NCBI GenBank assembly: GCA_043228905.1
Contig: JBHGNT010000017.1
Coordinates: forward strand, 17,298,001 to 17,362,000
DNA: 64,000 nucleotides
Source: Azolla caroliniana
Lineage: Eukaryota > Plantae > Polypodiophyta
Reading direction: 5' to 3'
The position numbers were made by a program, and so were the translations under genes. Positions within the stretch are counted from its first letter, which is position 1. The number at the start of each line of letters is the position of its first letter. Below are positions 25,001 through 38,890 of this stretch, one piece after another. The notes under the pieces were generated by a model that saw nothing but the letters and a program-made list of their open reading frames with translations, had not been told where the DNA came from and searched no databases.

Positions 25001-28000
25001 GATACAAGTCTGATATTGCTGCTCATCTTTCAATTACTTGAAAGATGTGTGCATGATTCAGTGTCACAGTTTAGATTGGCACTTCAAGTAGGTTCATTTC
25101 TTCAAGAATTTCTTTCATCGAGATCCCTTCTTGTGTGCTAGAGAAGCTGCAACATACTTGGCTTCTGTTGATGATAAGGTACTGTTTGCTTCTTGGATCT
25201 CCAAGCAATTGCTCCACTTCATAAAGTGTAAACATAACCACTGTTAGATTTACAATTATCCACCCTCTAAGCATAATCAAAGTGAAAAAGATTTGTGTGA
25301 TCCAAACTGATGTTATCAAATTCGATAACGCACATGGATCAGCCCCACAACATCTCTTGGTGGGAAGATGGCCCACTATAAGGCACAGTTTTTACACATA
25401 TTGGAGGATAGATTCATCATGAGGCCCTCTTACATGAATGCACACCTATCGCATGCGTTGCGTAATGTGATAGGGCAGTTGCAAACATCTTTGCATGACA
25501 TGAAATTGAGATAACATGCACACCTCTGGACAAAACAATCTGCCAATTGTGTCATTAGGGAGTCCAATCTGAAGAATAATATATTTGCCATTTCACTGTT
25601 TTGCATGAAATAAGAGGGAGATACCATATCCTCTTTAACCAAGGATTTGGCCCTCTACGCAAGGTAATGGAGTATGAGGACCAACGGTGCGTGGGATTCT
25701 TCTTGCTAGACCTCCGAGACATGGGGAAAAGTTTTCAAAGGACACACGAGCTCATCCACAAAGAACAATTCCAACTTTCTTTAGCCCATCACTCCTACTC
25801 ATGCTTCAAGTCAATCAAAACTACACAAGTGGACCTGCGAAGGGATTAAAATAGATCACCTAGGCAATCTGTCGTGCACCTAGGCCAGGGTCGTGTGGAC
25901 CACTATCTCACTACCCTTGTCATTGACATATTGAGGTAGGCGGATATGCACACACCTCTAGAGAAAACAATCTGTCAATTGTGCCATTACGGAGTGGAAT
26001 TAAAAGAACACTATGTTTACCACTACACTGTTTTTTTAAAATGAGAGGGATATACCAATACCTCTTTAATCAAGGCTTTAGCCCAGTATGCAAGGTAATC
26101 GGATATAAGGACAACCAGTGCTTGGCACCCCATACAAGTTAAAAAAACAAAGAACAATCACAACTTTCTTTTGCCCCATCACCCTTGCTCATGCTACAAA
26201 TCAATCAAGGGCTACATAGGGTTTGACCAATATATTGTAAAGGGGTTATAATATATCACATAATGAGATTTCTTACTGTTCTCAAAGACAAGAGGATAGA
26301 TGAAGTATCACCTTCCATAAGAGGGGTTCGGGAGTTTGGGAGCATGCCTAGTGGGTATGGCTATACAAACATTATTGTATGTTGATAATATTGTGCTGGT
26401 TTCTGACTCCTCAGAGGGACTGCAAAGACATCTAAATGCCTTTAAACTATTTTGTACGGACAAATGTTTGTTAATAAACAAGGATAAAACTAAGATGATG
26501 GTGTTTAACACCACTCAAGCATGGGTAACAAGATCAGAACCAGAATTCTTCTTGGGAGAGGAAAAGGTGGAATACCACGCTCCTACACATATCTAGGAGT
26601 AACATTTAGAAGGCCTAGGTTCTCCTTATGGGAGGTTGCTTGTGCCCGACTTTCTCGTGGATATGCAGCCTTTGGTGCTCTCGAAAGACAATGTGTACAT
26701 TTGCAGTTCCAAGAGCCACGAAGTAAGCTGTGGTTATTTGATAAACTTGTCACACCAACTCTTCTCTATGGAGTAGAAATGTGGGGATCAAGTCTTAACA
26801 AGGCAAATCATTGAAAAGATTTAGAGAGACCTTTAGTGTCAATGATTGCCCGCATGGTAAGGAGCAAAGCATCGGTGCCACATGATATAATCCGGGCAGA
26901 GATGGGAGCAGCCCTTATAATCACCGAGGCATTGTTCCGATCAATGACTTGTATCCAACGTCTTTGGGAGCTTCCTAAATGAAGGTACCAAGGTTGGCAC
27001 TTATGTCATCAAGACAACTAGCTGAAAATGGAGACATTCATTGTTGGTAAGCTGAAATGAAGCAATGGTTCGTGTCACATGGCATAACCATAAAAATGCA
27101 CTACCCTCATTCCAATATAGCTTGGATTGTCCCCGTCTAAACATGACCAACGTGGAAAAGAATAGAGTGATCTGAACTGATACTATTAACTTGGAAAACA
27201 AGATAACATGGATCAGCCCCAAAATATCATTTGGTATGAAGGTGGCCCACTACAACACACTTTTTACCACATATCAGAGGATGGATATTTATCATCAGGC
27301 CACCTTATATGGACATATATCTATCCTATGCATTGCGCCGTGTGATAGGGTAGCTGCAACCTTCATCACATCAGTTAGAGATTGAGGTAGGAAAATATAC
27401 ACGAATACCTTTATAATAAAGAATTTGCCAATTGTGCCATCAAGGAGTGGAATCCGAAGAACACTATGTTTGTCATTGTAGAGTCTTTTATGAAATAAGA
27501 GAGAGATACCATTGCCTCTTTAACAAGGCTTTGACCCAATGGAATGAGGACCAACGGTGCCTAGGACTTTTCTTACTAGAACTTAAGAGACATTGGGAAA
27601 AGTTGTTGAAGGACAATAGAACAGCCACACAAGCTTGTCCACAAAGAACAATCACAACTTTCTTTAGCCCCATCACTCCTACTAATGCTACAAGTCAATC
27701 AAAGGCTACACAAATGCGCTCCCGACCAGGACATAACAAAGGGATTTCAATAGATCGGGCAATAGCAATCTGTCATGCACATAGGCCGCGGCCCCACAGA
27801 CCACGACCTCACCACTCTTGTAATCGATAGATAAAGGCCAATATCTCCCGCCATTTCAGGTGCTTCCCTCGCTTTGGAGACCTCTCCATTCTAGATCCAC
27901 CTCTGCTAAAGATCTTTCAAAGACAAAAGTTATAATATATCTAGCTTGAGAATCTTACATGTGCCGAAAACCAGATTCTTTTGTCTCTTTTTATCTTATT

Positions 28001-28372
28001 TGCTTTTATATTTACTTAGTAGTATTTATTTTATTTTGATTTGTTGTTCTCAAAGACAAGACAACATTTAAGATGTAATTTCTTGTTTGGTCTTATAGGA
28101 CATTTTGGCCTTTTACATCGGGACCACAGGCCACACCCACATCGAAACCCTTTGAACTCCCGCTCCTTTTTGAGAGACTTGGATGGAAATGAAACTAGGC
28201 CCAGCACATAGCCATTTCCTTTATAGAATATGTCACACCATAACACCTTTTGTATAATATTAGAACTCTTTTATCTAGGTTTTATTTTATTTTTATTTTC
28301 AATGATTGGGTACACATCCCATTTTGTTGTAAACCAATTGTCTCATGGGTCAATTTTGGTCTTAGAAGACGT

Positions 28373-28430
<58 letters not shown>

Positions 28431-29947
28431 ACCAGCACTACTTTTGAAAGTACTCTGTAGAACCAAGTCGTCAGGTGATGGACTATCAAACTTGAATGGT
28501 TCTGCACATATTCCCATAAGATTATCTCAGGAACTAATGACAAAATATTTTTCATAAATGACCCTTATGAAAGCAATATTGAACAATCCCCCCATACCAA
28601 AATAACCAATTCCGAGGACATTTGTTCGTATTTTTCAACCTAAGAAGATGAGCAAACCTATGTGTGTTTCAGGATAACAAGCCTCAAAGCTCTTTGGCAC
28701 CTCCAAGGGATTACTTCCAACCATCCTTTTTATAATTTTCTCGATAACATTGCGTTTCTTCAACTTCATATGAGGTAAGGGATCAAAGAGAGACTCTGCA
28801 AGAACTGAAGGCTTTGCAAAAGCTCCCATCTTTTTCTCAGCTGCAAGATCATACATGCACATGTACATAGACACCCATGAAAGGACCTTAGTGATCAAGA
28901 TTAAAATAGCTTTTGTTATGATTCAAACAGACGCAAGCAAAAAGTGATGCTAATAAGTCAACTAAATAACAGCTGTGAATCCTGCCTTCTTTTACAACTA
29001 CGCATACTCTTCTCCTAAGACATACCACAAACAAATCCAGCTACATGCTGTGAAACGCACTACTAAAACCGAATTCATACAGGTAAGGATACATATATGG
29101 TAGGTACAACTCTAACCTTGAACATTGATCTAACCCTGATCAATTATCTTGCTAAACAATAGTAGAGATATCGCATGATGGACATTCTAACCTTGACCTT
29201 ATACTTACTGATGCAAACCATCATCTAGCAGAACCATAGTGGACACATAGCATGATGGACAGTGTACTCCTAACCTTGAAAATCAGTCTAACCCTCATCC
29301 AATATCTATCTAAACTATAGTGGACACATTCCTAGATGGATAGTCTTAATCCTAATATACTTATGCAACCTATAGCTAAAAAATAGTCGATACATAGCAC
29401 AATGAATAGATAGTCTAGCCCTAACCTTATAGTTTATTAATGCAACCCATTATCTAGTTAAACCGTAGAGAGCAAATCCATGAGCAGAAAAGTTGAAACT
29501 ATAAGCCTCATTTTCCAAACCTTGGTATGAAGAAGAATTCCGAAAGGATCCGCAAACCTCACATTGCACGAGCATTTCAGGATTTTCAAGAGTACAAACA
29601 GAGCACCTCCAGATATTGTAACTTTCTGCAATACATCATTTGGAGACCATGTGTTGACCCACATTGAGTCAGGATATGAACAAATTTGCATTAAAAAGGA
29701 ATATTCATAAACCATCGAAAGGAAACAAAGGAAAGACTCATGAGAAATTGAAGGGTGAAAAACACAAAGGAAAAATTCACAATTCACTGAAAGAAACAGA
29801 GAAAGGATTCATAAACAACCCACCTGAAGAGGATTTCGCCCAACCGCCACTTTCTTCTTCAAAATCATCATAAACAACGGAATCATCCAAAGCTTGATCA
29901 AAGTCTTCATAGCCACCAGGACCAGGATGCTTCCCTTTCCAAGCCAT
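22046..29947 (-). CDS. HBS1: HBS1-like translational GTPase (eRF3/EF1A family) with N-terminal RanBP2-type zinc finger
   Basis: Exons about 29947-29824, 29625-29521 ([20 protein letters not shown]), 28840-28658, 28501-28433 ([11 protein letters not shown]), 24513-24242, 24148-24038 (GHVDAGKST), 23937-23441 (ERSRGVT, DSPGH, NKMD), 23354-23186, 23079-22840, 22434-22300 and 22195-22046 ([16 protein letters not shown]). Confidence 0.93.
25230..26260 (+). mobile_element. Two 5'-truncated LINE 3'-end copies in an HBS1 intron
   Basis: 25230-25925 and 25930-26260 align with 27110-27830 (ATGGATCAGCCCC, TGCCAATTGTG, GAGGACCAACGGTGC, AAAGAACAATCACAACTTTCTT). Confidence 0.8.
26330..27965 (+). mobile_element. 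Degenerate LINE ORF2 (RT C-half plus zinc knuckle), antisense in an HBS1 intron
   Basis: LLYVDNIVL (YADD box), [54 protein letters not shown]; frameshifts and stops present. Confidence 0.88.
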
Positions 29948-29961
29948 GACTTTACTCTGTT

Positions 29962-30006
<45 letters not shown>

Positions 30007-31508
30007 AAAAATGGAGGAGCAGAGGAGCTAATGAGTGAAGGATGGGATTGTGATGGTTCAATTGAAGGTTTCATGAAACAATGGAAACATGTCATGCAAA
30101 TGGGCGGGGACACTCGGAGAACAAAAAACCGTGAATTCATTCACCACAACAACGCGGGAAACCCGAATTCTTTGGGTCACGCTTTTTGTTTCCTCGATGA
30201 ATTGCCTTTGATGGTCATTCGGGCTAATGACCAAATAAATAATCCAGTAGAAGCATAGCCTAGTAGCTTGTGGAAGTAAGAACCAAATGTAGTTTTGTTT
30301 GTCAATGTATGCATTTTGTTTTGTATATAGACGGAATCGTACACAAGACTCTTTACTACGTGGACGAAGTAGATATGCATTTGTTAAATGGATGGCTCTT
30401 TGTTTTGTTACGTAGATTTAAATTCAACCCTAATCAAGTCATGTTTGCTAGCGATATTGTTGAATGTTAAGCCCATGATCAACTTTTATTTTTCGACATT
30501 GAAAGCACGTCAAAATATGGGTGGAGAAGGTTTCACAATATTCAACCGCTCCCATGTAGATTCATTGGCATTAGGTATTATTAAAGCAAAAACTAAAAAT
30601 TTGAAGTACATTATTCAGCAATATAAGGCTTGGCTTGCATCCTAGCAATTTCAACTTTATTTTGTAGACTCAATATAGGTTTTCTCTTTCTTCTATGCCA
30701 TGTTACCATCTATATTGAATCTAACCATGTATCTATAACTTTTGTGTAATACATGTCAAAAAGTTATAAACTATCAATACTCCACCACCTACTTACAAAA
30801 TGTTCCCAAATGTTATGCGAACATCTAAGCGCATAGAGTCGGAGCCAATACAAATGCAAGCCCTCAAAAGAGGTGAAAACCCTAATAAGCTCAATAAGAC
30901 TCTAAATTTACAACCTTGAGTTAAATTTAACACGTCCCAGCCTCTTGATGTCAAAGTTCCATTCCTAATAAATTCCCTCTTCATTAACTCATCCAAGTGA
31001 CGACAAATAATCAATATGCTTGTATGATCTCATGTTTTTGATCCGTTTGACTACAACATCATACCATCGCCTACTCAATACACTTACAAAACTTTAGCAA
31101 CTAGAAGCAAACAAATGATCCAAGCATCCTTTCAACACATTGCCGCAAGCTCAATATAAGGTAATTTAATGTAGCAACTTGTAAGAGAAAGTCTAAAACC
31201 TAAACCCGAGTTTGGGATCTACCACACTCCAAAACAAAATGGACACCTTAACTAAAACCTCAAAACATTGCTTTGACAAATAATGCAAAGTATCAACGAG
31301 CTTTATTTCAATCATATATAGTTATAATTTTTCTTTCTTTGTCATTTTACATATGTGGGATAAAGTTTAGCTTCTTCATAATGACACAATTAAAAAGCTT
31401 GAATAATACAATTCATGCAATCAGTTCACCAAACTTCTTGAATTAAAGAAAGAATAGCTAGATTCCACACACGGATACAAGAAATAACCCTCCAAACATT
31501 GTGAAATT

Positions 31509-34490
31509 CTAAAGTATCTGCTTCAGAAACTGCACGAGAAGATATATAACAGCAATAAACAGACCGATTTGGTATAATTCTCGCTGTGGGTCATCATTGA
31601 TCTGGAAAAACTGCATTAAAAGACAAGGACACGTATAAGATGTCATGCACCCATTAAATATACATCTTGCTTTAGCTAGCATTGTCTTATAATCATATAC
31701 TTTCATTAGCTTTGTCTTATAAAGCAATCGTTGCTTTATTCCCATTCCCTTTTACACTCTTATGTACAACTCTTGATTTGAAGAAAGTGAATTTGTTAAG
31801 CAATTTTTTGTGACATGTAATATAGTACAGCAAAAACATCAAAACCTAACTTCTTGCATAATTACCAGAGTGCCCTTAAGTTTTCAAATATTACCAGAAG
31901 TCTGTAGTACAAACTTTACTCCTACACAGGAATATTCTGGTCATTCTGAAACTTAGGGGTATTTTGGTGATTTGCCTTATTTATATATTGTTGACTAACC
32001 TTGGTTGGATCTGTGGGATCTCTATAAACGTTCTCGTTTCGATTGCCTCTTGAATCCTCAAGCACCTTCTCATTAAACTCCTTTAACGCATCAAGTGCAT
32101 CTTTTCCGCTTTCCAATGTCGAATACGACAACCTTGAAAGCCAAAAATAAGCTTGGGCTACGGGAGAAGATCCTGATAGATCCCAATCCTCGATATGCTC
32201 TACAACTTGCCCACTGATTTGATTGAGTGTAAACTTGCCATTAATGGACAAGACCAAGTCCCCCGAACCAGCAAATTTGGGTTTGCCTCGGAGAACCCAT
32301 TTGATTTTTAGCACACTTGTTGATTCCATCGCCATCTCACGCACTGCCTGAGGCAAAGCCCACCTGTGTTTTTATGTAACTTTCCATAATCAAATCAATC
32401 TGCCTTTCTCTCTTTTGCAACTGCACCATAGAATAATGTTGAAAAACCATATGCCTCATTGTTGTAGATCTTGAACATGTGCATAACTAGATAATTTGGA
32501 GTTATGTAAATGTCACGTCCATAATGAAGTTAATGAACACTTCATTAGCTAGTGGATGCTGAATGGGCTTCATAATGTACGGCTAGCCTTTTATATACTT
32601 GCAACCCCTAAGTTCTATATCTAGATCATCGCCATCCATCAGCTAATAGACCTACTCTGCCTTAATGTAACTCCTAATTACTTAGTTACACGTATGCCCA
32701 TTTAAAGCAACAAGTGTGAAAAGAATGATATGGTCAGCTTACCACAGAAGGATTATCCAATGCATCTCTTATCCAGGATGACCTTTTATACTTTTCTCTA
32801 CCCGTGAATGACCGCAAGGGATCCTGGAGAGTCGATACATATTCAGTGTGAATCATCCAATAAATAAAATACAATGCATTTTCTGTGTGATAATCCCATA
32901 AATAAAAGACAGTACATGTCTTGTGTGGTCATTCAGCAAACAAAAGAGAAAAAGAACATCTTCCACATGATCAAAGGAAACACATCTTTGATACAATCTT
33001 CCAGTAAATAAAAGACAATTCTGAGAAACTTTTCTACATTTACCTTGTATTTGACAGATAAAGAAAAAGTTCCAACTGCACGATTTCCTTCTTTCATATC
33101 AAGAATATCTCTTGCAAGTTGTCGTGCAGTTGCCTCGACAGCTGGACTGCTTATGCATTCAAAATCATCACATAGTTGCCCAAATGACATTCCATCCACA
33201 ATTTTATCGGCTTGTGACCTCTCAATAGATGTAACTCTCGTGGATGATGAAGAATCCCTTCCATCAGATGGTGTTGCCTCGCAGACTGCTATATAAATTC
33301 AGGAGAAGATGTAGTTATCAATACAAAGGAGCATTTCTGAATATAAATCTCAGTCAAGAGTCAAACGGTCACATTGTTATACTGATCTAGGATAAGTATG
33401 TATTTCTTAATCCAAAGTGCAATTTGAGAGGCTAACATCTCATCAGTGATAAATATGTGAGGCTTCACAATAAAAGCATAAAACTGTTAGTACCCAGAAA
33501 CAAGCTTCTATTTATTTTGTCAATGCAAGCTACTACATATATTCATTATAAAAGCACAAAACTGTTAGTACCCAGAACCAAGGTTCTATTTATTTTGGCA
33601 ATGTAAGCTACCACATACATTCATTATAATAGGTCAGAACACCAATAGAGTATTTTTCATACAGATTGATCATAGGACAAAGGTATGCATCATGACGGGT
33701 TAGACCATAGGTACAAAGCAGGTGTTCAGCTTTTGTGAGCTATTTTGGGCTGCATATTTACATACATACATAAATAGAAAAATATTTACTTATATATATA
33801 TATTATAAGAATATGTTTGTCCTGGACTAAGTCTTCTGTTTCCTATCACAGCCCACTCTCGCTTACAACTTTCTCATATCAGTCCTCCCGTCATGTTAAA
33901 GACATAGGAAAGTACATGCAACATATGCCACATGCTCAATGTTATGGAAAATTTGTGCAGGATCTTTAAAAGTTCATGTACAAGACTCTATCAGGTATAA
34001 TTATTCTTCTTCTAAAAGTATGTGTCTAATTTTTCACTGAAAGAAGTTTGGACCATGTTAGACACACATGAGAAATAAACATAATTCAAGACGTGACTGA
34101 TTACGTTAATGAGATTATTCACAAGAAAAAACACGAAATTGCAATAAAATTTTGTACACATGGATATGAGATGCAAATGGCAAATGGAAACATTTTCTTT
34201 GCCTCTTTCAAAAGCCATAATTCAACATGTGAATAGATTGTACTAAGGCAAAATATTTTCAAGCAAAAACTCGACACCTAAATCAACAGGGCCATCAAAA
34301 TACACATGCAAATGGAAGATAAAAAAGAATGCGTACTAATCCTTAAGAGATGATATTGAAGAAGAAAGTTACTAGTTTTATGGCCGATCATTCGTCTCCT
34401 CATCCCCAACTTACATCGAAACGGCAACGATTTCATATCTAATGCAAGTCTTCTGAATGGTGAGACAGCATTTGCAAAGCTCATTTGCAT
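31509..34490 (-). CDS. DUF2358 / NTF2(SnoaL)-like plastid-targeted protein with C-terminal transmembrane helix
   Basis: Exons 34490-34337 (transit-peptide-like), 33288-33044 (FGQLCDDFECISSPAVEATARQL), 32823-32743 (DPLRSFTGREKYKR), 32347-32000 (IKWVLRG...GQVVEHIEDWDLS) and 31610-31509 (IGLFIAVIYLLVQFL). The family assignment is from recalled similarity to plant DUF2358 proteins. Confidence 0.85.
31856..31976. mobile_element. Small foldback MITE in the last DUF2358 intron
   Basis: AATTACCAGAGTGCCCTTAAGTTTTCAAATATTACCAGAA pairs imperfectly with TTCTGGTCATTCTGAAACTTAGGGGTATTTTGGTGATTT. Confidence 0.6.
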
Positions 34491-35054
34491 ATCTAATGAT
34501 ACAGAAAGCTCGATTCTCCAGAAACACTAAATACACAGGAACCCCTGAATCAATCCACAGGGTACCTCAAATACAAAGGATTCCTAATTCAAAAAAAACC
34601 CAATTGCAGGGAGAACCCTAATTCAACAGAAACCCAAATATAGCGAAACCCTGGACACGCAGGAACCCTGAAATTTGAATAACAAGAACCCTGATTCAAA
34701 ACAAATCCCGATACAAGGAAAGCCTGACCCACCACAAACCCTAAAATCTGCGGAATTCTCTAATTCAGCAGAAACTCAACAAAATACAGGGACACCTGAC
34801 TCAGCAGAAGCCCTAAATATGCGACCTTCTTGGGGATCAAACAGACAGAGAGAGAGAGAGAGAGAGAGATTGGGGAGGATAAGGAAGGGGAGTATGTATT
34901 CAATCTTTAAAAAAATAGATTTTGTTGAATTATTGTGGCTGACACTTCCCAAGTGTACATACATATTCTTCTTCATTCAGATTTCAAAGAAAATGGGATG
35001 GAGATTCTGTGCACACTCTCTCGGCACCCATAACACTTTGTATCTCCTCTCGGC

Positions 35055-35235
35055 ATGGGGTACAATTGGCACGGGACATGACGGGACAAGACGGGACAAG
35101 ACAAGATGAATGGGATGGGACAGGACAAGATGGGACATGACACAAGGTACGAGACAATAAGGATGGGATGGTTCGGGACAGGACTGGATTGGATAGGACG
35201 AGACGAGATGGAACGGGACAATATGGGACATGACG
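35055..35235. repeat. GGGACA/GGACAA array, probably a DNA-transposon subterminal repeat
   Basis: More than ten GGGACA-like motifs in about 170 bp. A matching second end was not found. Confidence 0.55.
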
Positions 35236-35977
35236 CAGGGTCCTTGCGTGATGGTACAAGATGATATATGGTAAGGACACCTCAACTCGTCCTTTCGAGA
35301 ATTGTTGACCAATGCTAATGTTCGTGTCTTTCTTTATATGTTGCTTGTTCAATTACTATGCATCAATCATAGGCACGGCCATGTCTCGTCATTGGAATAC
35401 GGTGTTCGTGAAACAAATGAATGAGTTTCAGTTTCCTGCCCTTGACATGGAATATGGTCAACATGTTGAGGGTTGTCGAATCACAAGAGGGTAATTAATT
35501 AGATGTTCTCTCGTACAAGAACCCAATTACGGACCACATGGTGTTTAAATCATCATTGGAGGGAATTGGATATGCGTGTATACCTTACCTTCGTTGCTCA
35601 TTTCCCCACTATCAATGGCCATGGTGGATCATGGCGATCACAAACTACCTTGATAACCCACGTGATAATATCGACGATCATGTAGACAAGTGTGATGGAT
35701 GGTGTCCATGGTGATCCACTTCAACTAGTGTCATAATTCATGGGGACACATTCCTACAAGCGTCACAATATTAACCACGAATGGTGAGCATAACCCCTAT
35801 GTTACAACTAGAAATTCCTCGATCACCGTGACATCGACCATTCATGAGAATACCACTTTATAGTTGTTTACCCATTGTTCATCTTCAATTGAACCATGAC
35901 ATTCAACGACAAGAGCATGAATACCATTGATAGGACCCATGTCAATACCCCACCCTAAAACCTTGGTTAAATATATG

Positions 35978-36026
35978 TGTAAAGAATGGTGGTGATTTTG
36001 CGCAGCAGAATAGGTTAAAGATGTGT

Positions 36027-36063
<37 letters not shown>

Positions 36064-38890
36064 CGGAGAGGAGAGGAGAGACGGAGAGGAGAGGAGAGAC
36101 ATGACTCAAGAAGATTGTATATTACAAAGGAGATTAACCGACACATTACAAAGTAGGAGGAGGGTGTTATATATAGTCACCCTCTCTCTTCATTAACTAT
36201 TGAAGCTCATCAGTCATGGGGAATGTGGAAACTCATTAGTTATGTGTCATAGAATATGATTTTATGACACATAGTTAATGTGTAGAGAGTAGTGGTGATT
36301 GTTGACCTTCATGTGCTCATATATTCTCAAAGGTGTGTTCACACGCTAGTCTAGGTTGAGCTTGATTCTCAACACGCCCCCTCAAGCTCAACTCGGGCCG
36401 GTTCCTTTTGGTTGATATCCGCGTCGGCTGGTATCCAGTTCTCTCTTGTACTCCCCCTCAAGCTTGGCAAGTCAGGGATTGTCAATCCAAGTTCTGGCAT
36501 GAATTGTTGAAGTTTGTCAGCTCCTAGGGTTTCGGTGAAGATGTCGATTGTCTGAAGATTCGTGTTGATATGTTGAAGGTCGACATCTCCAGCCTGAACG
36601 CGCTCTCGAATAAGTGATAGTGCACTTCAATATGCTTCATGTGCACGTGGAACACTAGGTTCCGAGCCATATAAATACGGATCATGTTGTTGTAGTAAAG
36701 GGGAGTCGGATCCTTGATGGGAACACCTAGATCCTTCAAAATCCTCTTGAGCCATATGGCTTCACGTGCAACCACAACTTAATGTCACGTGGTTTTTGCA
36801 TAAATTGGCTAAGGAGACCGACCGAGTAGCTAAGGTCGGGTCAAGTGATCATGAGATAGATGAGGCTCCCAATCAGTTGTCGATATTGAGTCGGCTCACA
36901 CTCTTCTGTGCCAAAGTCGGCATCCAGTTTGAGGTTTCGATTGAGAGGGGTTGCCATAAATTTGCACTCAATCATCCCGAACTTGTATAACAAGTTGAGG
37001 ATGTAGTGTAGTTGGGAGATCATAATGCCGGCTGGAGTCCGAATTACTTCAATGCTAAGGAAGTAATGGAGCTCCTTCATGTCCATCATATCGAATTTTC
37101 CGGAGAGGAGGGATTTGGCCTTGTTGATGTTGACTAGATTTTCACCTTTGATGACCAGATCATCCACGTATAGGATGATAACAATCGAGCTTCTAGAATC
37201 GCTTCTTATGTAGAGGGAGTTGTCGGATTTTGACATTCTAAAGCAGATTCGATGAAGATATTGTATTATCTTTGAATGCCAAGCACATGGTGCTCGCTGA
37301 AGACCGTAGAGTAGCTTCTTTAGTCGGCAGACTACTTTCGGATGGGTGCTCAATTCAAAGCTAGGTGGTTGTACCAAATATACCTCCTCTTCTAATTTGC
37401 CTTGGAGAAATGCGTTCTTGACATCCATCTGGTGGAGGTGCCACACATTCGTCGTTGCAAAGTGCAATCACGGTCCGCACAGTCATATCCTTTCACTATG
37501 AGTCGGGCTTTGTAGTGGTTGACATAGCTATCAACATTATGCTTCACTTTGTAGACCCACTTGCAGCTGATCGCCTTTTTGTGTGGTGAGTGGGGAACAA
37601 GATCTTGCATTGTGCCCCCATCTCCTTGTTCATTGCTTCAGGAAAATTTTCCGGTTCATGAATTGTCGCCACCTTCATCATAAAGGCATGGTGGTATGCC
37701 ATATAGTCGTCGTAGCCGAATCGGCAAACCAGATTTTCTTCTTTCGGCACTCTTATTCGTGGTGGCCGATTTTACCGCAATATCCACACTCAATTGAGTG
37801 TTGTCGGTTTGGACCGGCATGGAAGCTCCCCCTTCTTCCGAATGTGCCTTAATTGTTTCCACTTTCTTGCCGAACTTGGGAGTTGTTTTCATAGGTCGGA
37901 CCTTGTCTACCTCGTCCTTGGATGAATTAGCCTCTTCTTGCTCGGTTGTGCCCTCTTCCTCCATTCGAGTGTGTGTAGAGCATGTGGCCTTCTGAGACAT
38001 TGCTCCTTGTTCGAACATGATTTTCTTCAACCAATAACATTGATTGAAGATCGAAGAAATAGGGAGGATTCTCCTTGCTAGAATGGTGGTTCTCATTGCA
38101 CCGAACCGTGGTGTGAGGCCGTCAGGCATATTTGCACCATCTCATCATCTTCCACGTTGACGCTTATTGAGCCGAGCGAGTCACAAAGCTCCTTGATCTT
38201 CAAGGTGTACCCTGTGATGGACATATCCCTTTGTTGGATGTTGTTCAACTCTTGGCGTAGTTGAAGCTTTCCTGCAGTTGTGTTGGTCGTGAAAATCTTC
38301 CTTATATTCTCCCATGCTTCATTCGGCATCTTGGCTTCTCGAATGTAGCCAAGCATGTGGTCATGGACACGTGCCGCCAAGTAATACATCACTCGGCTTG
38401 CGGCTTGCTTCCATGTTCGGTGTTCGGGTGTCATTGGGTTGGGTTGATTTTCTTGAGCTCCTTTGATGTAATTCCAATAACCTTGGCCAACAAGGTATTG
38501 GTGCATCTTGTACTTCCAAGATGCAAAGTTGTTTCTATCCAACTTCTCGCTAGGGAGAGCGCTCCCCATTTGAGTATTCATTATGTCGATGTAGGTTTCT
38601 TTCTTCTTTTCCTTCTCTCGAACACGAGCTATGTAGTGGCACTACGATAGCAATGAACCAGATTTCTTTGAATTGTCGGCGTAGACACAATACACAAGGA
38701 TGGGCTAGATCGAGCTACCAAAGTGCTTTGATACCATGTAAAGAATTGTCTTAATTCTGTGTAGCAGAATAGGTTAAAGATGTGTGTGTGTGACGGAGAG
38801 GAGAGGAGAGAAACACAAGATAGATGATAAAATAGAAATACTCAAGAAGATTGTATATTACAAAGGAGATTAACCGACACATTACGAAAG
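35978..38890 (-). mobile_element. Internally deleted Ty1/Copia retrotransposon
   Basis: 3' LTR 35978-36374 (TG...CA) with PPT next to it (plus-strand CGCCCCCTCAAG). Truncated 5' LTR from 38737 to about 38890, with PBS TGGTATCAAAGC (tRNA-iMet). Gag 38581-38093, RT fragments (HQMDVKNAFL, LYVDDL) and RNase H (KHIEVHYH). Protease and integrase are missing. Confidence 0.9.

Noticed and set aside
24851-25033. Possible extra HBS1 exon
   Set aside because: The flanking exons (28433 and 24513) join in phase without it, and I found no convincing splice pair or motif.
30154-30161. E2F-like site GCGGGAAA upstream of HBS1
   Set aside because: A single 8-mer is expected by chance in 64 kb; there is no supporting context.
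34973-35352. Cys/Pro/Ser-rich ORFs in all three minus frames
   Set aside because: Produced by the GGGACA repeat array.
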